DNA of 64,000 nt, taken from Desulfosudis oleivorans. GTDB lineage: Bacteria > Desulfobacterota > Desulfobacteria > Desulfobacterales > SURF-7. Below, in pieces: positions 60,906 to 64,000 of the stretch. A model generated the notes under the pieces. The model searched no databases, was not told the origin of the DNA, and worked only from the letters and a program-made list of their open reading frames with translations. The DNA lies in the NCBI GenBank assembly GCA_020723305.1, contig DYJC01000005.1, positions 221,724 to 285,723 of the forward strand. The letters are read 5' to 3'. Position 1 is the first letter of the stretch. The number at the start of each line of letters is the position of its first letter. Position numbers and translations under genes: made by a program.

Positions 60906-62156
60906 ATGACCGAAGATCTGAAACAGATGTACAAAACCATTATGGATGACCATTTCACTCCGGAAATGGAAATCAGCTTTATAGAAAATGGGTCAAGACA
61001 AACACTTTTCTACGAAAAGGTTGCCTGGACCATCGATAATGTCAAAAAAGGACTCCGTTATGGTGAAAACCCAGGACAGGAAGCCGCATTATACAAACTG
61101 GTGAATGGCAACCTGGTGTTGGGGAAGACAGAGACCATTTCTCCGGGTCAATATCTGGCTTCGGATATTGAATTGCTTCAATCCGGGAAACATCCTGGAA
61201 AAACGAATCTGACAGATACGGACAATGCATTGAATATTTTAAGATATTTCAAGGACAATCCCACTGTGGTAATCGTAAAGCATAACAATCCCTGTGGTGT
61301 TGCCAGATCAAGCTCACTGGCAGATGCCTATCAAAAAGCCTATATGGCCGACAGGGTAGCTGCTTTTGGAGGCTGTATTGCATTAAATCGAGCCGTTGAT
61401 AAAGAGACCGCCACTGGTATTGCTTCCCAGTATGCAGAAGTCGTTGTCGCTCCAGATTTTGAAGATGGCGTGCTTTCAATTCTGGGCCAAAGAAAAAATC
61501 TCCGGGTTATTCGCATTGGGAACATCCACAGACTTCATGATTTTATTGGTAAACGCTTCGTTGAATTCAAAAGTCTGATTGACGGAGGCCTGATTGCTCA
61601 ATGGTCCTATGTTCCAAATGCCAAAACAAAAAAAGATGTTCAATTGGCTGAGTGTGAATATCAAGGTAAGATTTTTAAAATCAATCGAGTACCAAGCGAT
61701 CAGGAGTATAATGATTTATTGTTCGGGTGGCTTGTTGAATCCGGAATTACATCCAACTCTGTAATCTATGTAAAAAATGGTGTTACCGTTGGTATCGGGA
61801 CCGGAGAGCAGGACCGGGTTGGTGTTGCGGAAATCGCCAGAGATAAGGCATACCGAAAACTGGCTGATCGATATTCCTGGGAAACGTTCAAAATAGCTTA
61901 CAGCAACCTTACAGACCCCGATCAACGAAAAGAAATCGATGACAAAGTTGCTAATGAAAAAGGAGGACTCATTGGAGCAAGTATGGTCAGCGATGCTTTT
62001 TTTCCATTTCGGGACGGAATTGATATTGGTTTGAGGGAAGGCGTTCTTTCTGTAATCCAGCCTGGAGGCTCTTTAAATGACTATCAATCCATCGAGGCAT
62101 GCAACGAGGTAGGAGCAACAATGGTGTTGACCGGACAAAGAAGTTTTAAACATTAA
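60906..62156 (+). CDS. purH: AICAR formyltransferase domain protein (PurH C-terminal half)
   Basis: The start is taken at ATG 60906, 6 nt after AAGGAG. The track ORF starts at 60729 and overlaps the previous gene. Motifs: YGENPGQ, KHNNPCGVA and IQPGGSLND...TGQRSFKH. Confidence 0.85.
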   Translation: MTEDLKQMYKTIMDDHFTPEMEISFIENGSRQTLFYEKVAWTIDNVKKGLRYGENPGQEAALYKLVNGNLVLGKTETISPGQYLASDIELLQSGKHPGKTNLTDTDNALNILRYFKDNPTVVIVKHNNPCGVARSSSLADAYQKAYMADRVAAFGGCIALNRAVDKETATGIASQYAEVVVAPDFEDGVLSILGQRKNLRVIRIGNIHRLHDFIGKRFVEFKSLIDGGLIAQWSYVPNAKTKKDVQLAECEYQGKIFKINRVPSDQEYNDLLFGWLVESGITSNSVIYVKNGVTVGIGTGEQDRVGVAEIARDKAYRKLADRYSWETFKIAYSNLTDPDQRKEIDDKVANEKGGLIGASMVSDAFFPFRDGIDIGLREGVLSVIQPGGSLNDYQSIEACNEVGATMVLTGQRSFKH

Positions 62157-62547
62157 ATCGGAACAGATAACTCCATAAAAGTAATTCCAAAGCATATTGA
62201 ATTTATTTTAGAAACATAAAAGGCTTCGCTCATAACCTTATTCGGGCAGAATCACCTATCTAAAAGAAAAATATGAAATCAGGAAGAAACATGAAAAATT
62301 GCGTGATGAAACTAAAATTTTATGATATTATCTGAATGGTAGCAGAATGTAACCACAAATATGTTGATAAATTCTTACCTTTGATCTGAATTCGGCATAA
62401 AATATCAAACAAATAGCTTTACTGTCTCCTTTTTTACAATACAATATTGAAAAAAGAGCGCTTTGGAATCATTACCACCTGGTTTTCAATTCTTAACTAT
62501 TAATTTTAAATTCAAAATATCTGTTTAAACTATCCTTCTGAGGATTC

Positions 62548-64000
62548 ATGAATAGAGATAGAAAAACCAATCTGGGACAAAATATCAATGGCCATATTTT
62601 GTTTGTGGATGATGAGGAGAATATTCTTGAAATTGCCGTCGAATTTTTTCAACACAAAGGGTACAATATTATTACAGCAAATAATGGTGTTGAAGCCCTG
62701 AATTTATTGAGTACGGAAAAAATAGTATGTTGTTTTACAGATATAAACATGCCTGAAATGGATGGTTTACAACTGGCAGAGGAAATCAGGAAAATTGATA
62801 ATACAATACCTGTTATTGTCATGACCGGATATCCATCACTTGAAAACTCTATCCGGACCCTGAAAAATGGAGTTGTTGACTTTTTGATCAAGCCTGTAAA
62901 CCTAAACCAGATGGAAGTATGTGTTCAACGCGTTCTTCGGGAAAGACAACTTTTCATTAAAAATATCCTTTTATCCAAAGAAGTCGAGGGAAAAGAACGG
63001 CTTGAAAAACTCAATAAAGAACTCGTATATAAGCTTGAAGAGCTTCAAAATTTAAATAAAATCATGACAGACCTGTCGATGATAAATAATACAACAGATA
63101 TCTTCAAGCTTATTGTTGAAATGACGATAGTACTTACAAAAGCAGATGAGTCCAAATTTTTTGTCATCAATGAGTCTGAAAATCTCCCCTTTGAAGTAAG
63201 TTCTTCTTTTTCCGATTCCTATCTCAAATTATTATCCCAAAATCAGATGGAGATACCTCGGAAAGAAGGCAACCGTTTTCAGCAGGTGATCATTGAGACC
63301 GTTGCTGATGAAATCCCGCTTCTTGTTTCTGAAAATAAAAATATGGATGCCGGTTTTGATGACCATCTTTCCTTTATGATTGTTCCATTAAAAATACAGG
63401 AAAAGGTTTTTGGCGTTCTTACCGCTTCCATAAAAAATGGAAATAAGCGTTTTACGGAAAAAGAACTGTATTATCTGTCTTTTATGACTCAAAGAGCGGC
63501 ATCTGCCATTGAGAATCTTGCGTTGTATGAGCATATCAATCGTGGCTTGATGACGACTTTAAAAGCCTTTGTAAAAGCAATTGAGGCAAGAGACCCCTAT
63601 ACAAAGGAACATTCAAACCGGGTAACGGAAATTGCAATTGCTATCGGAAAAAAAGTAGGTTGCAGTGATGAAGAAATTGACATTCTAAAAATTTCCGGTC
63701 CACTGCATGACATTGGGAAAATTGGAATTCGTGATGAAATACTGTTAAAACCCGGAAGACTCACAGAAGACGAATTTAAAAAAATTATGGAACATCCGGA
63801 TATCGGGGCTGATATTATCGGTCAGCTGGGAATGTGGGATGAACATCAAGAGATTATTCGTCATCATCATGAACGGTATGACGGAACAGGATATCCCTCA
63901 AAATTAAAAAAAGAAGAGATCCCCCGTTTGGCACGAATCGTTACGGTTGCCGATTCATACGATGCAATGGCATCTGATCGTGCGTATCGGAAAAAAATGG
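62548..64000 (+). CDS. response regulator with receiver, GAF-like and HD-GYP domains (partial, runs off the window)
   Basis: It is absent from the ORF track because no stop falls inside the window. My hand translation from ATG 62548 gives ILFVDDEE...TDINMPEMDG (REC), a GAF-like middle region, then HDIGKIG...HHERYDGTGYP (HD-GYP). Confidence 0.85.
   Translation, partial: MNRDRKTNLGQNINGHILFVDDEENILEIAVEFFQHKGYNIITANNGVEALNLLSTEKIVCCFTDINMPEMDGLQLAEEIRKIDNTIPVIVMTGYPSLENSIRTLKNGVVDFLIKPVNLNQMEVCVQRVLRERQLFIKNILLSKEVEGKERLEKLNKELVYKLEELQNLNKIMTDLSMINNTTDIFKLIVEMTIVLTKADESKFFVINESENLPFEVSSSFSDSYLKLLSQNQMEIPRKEGNRFQQVIIETVADEIPLLVSENKNMDAGFDDHLSFMIVPLKIQEKVFGVLTASIKNGNKRFTEKELYYLSFMTQRAASAIENLALYEHINRGLMTTLKAFVKAIEARDPYTKEHSNRVTEIAIAIGKKVGCSDEEIDILKISGPLHDIGKIGIRDEILLKPGRLTEDEFKKIMEHPDIGADIIGQLGMWDEHQEIIRHHHERYDGTGYPSKLKKEEIPRLARIVTVADSYDAMASDRAYRKKM

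Noticed and set aside
62649-62891. 80-aa minus-strand ORF in the track.
   Set aside because: It is antisense to the receiver domain of the REC-GAF-HD-GYP gene. That gene is missing from the track only because it has no stop within the window.
1-64000. Whole-window scan for CRISPR arrays, tRNA/rRNA genes, transposases, integrases, prophage genes or toxin-antitoxin pairs.
   Set aside because: I saw no regularly spaced direct repeats, no tRNA-like T-arm/acceptor signatures in intergenic regions, and no recombinase-type ORFs. The only mobile-element signature is the non-autonomous 122-bp element. The scan was by eye, so small RNAs could have been missed.

Overview
The window is a 64-kb chromosomal segment from a diderm bacterium that is probably strictly anaerobic. 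The evidence is beta-barrel outer-membrane proteins ending in Phe, a lipobox lipoprotein, a SPOR protein and a glycyl-radical enzyme. Gene content and moderately AT-rich composition suggest Desulfobacterota, but this is inference only.

Most of the window is densely packed housekeeping genes:
- argS, gatCA, mutL, mrp, gatB, queA-tgt
- rplU-rpmA-obg-proB-proA-nadD-rsfS-gpmI
- pgk, radC, gpsA, gyrA, a thiolase, pepA and a split purH

I recognised no rRNA, tRNA, CRISPR array, transposase, integrase or prophage genes.

Five regions are not ordinary:
1. An orphan glycyl-radical eliminase operon (GT2, activase, GRE; 9.4-13.5 kb).
2. Next to it, a convergent alanine dehydrogenase, a TetR regulator and a divergent operon at 13.5-20.3 kb. 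The operon encodes a HemL-like class-III aminotransferase and a split transketolase, bracketed by two paralogous SCP2-like proteins. I know of no described pathway with this gene combination, and it is my best candidate for an undescribed metabolic system.
3. A duplicated envelope module of porin-like barrels plus paralogous LpoB/TolB-N-like + FG-GAP propeller proteins (20.4-27.2 kb). One copy is translationally coupled to gatB.
4. A 122-bp MITE-like element with terminal inverted repeats, present in three copies. One copy is inserted into a terminator hairpin with a target-site duplication. The other two bracket pepA.
5. A C20 homopolymer fused to a 40-bp perfect palindrome.

All functional calls rest on motifs read by eye. 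No database search was run.
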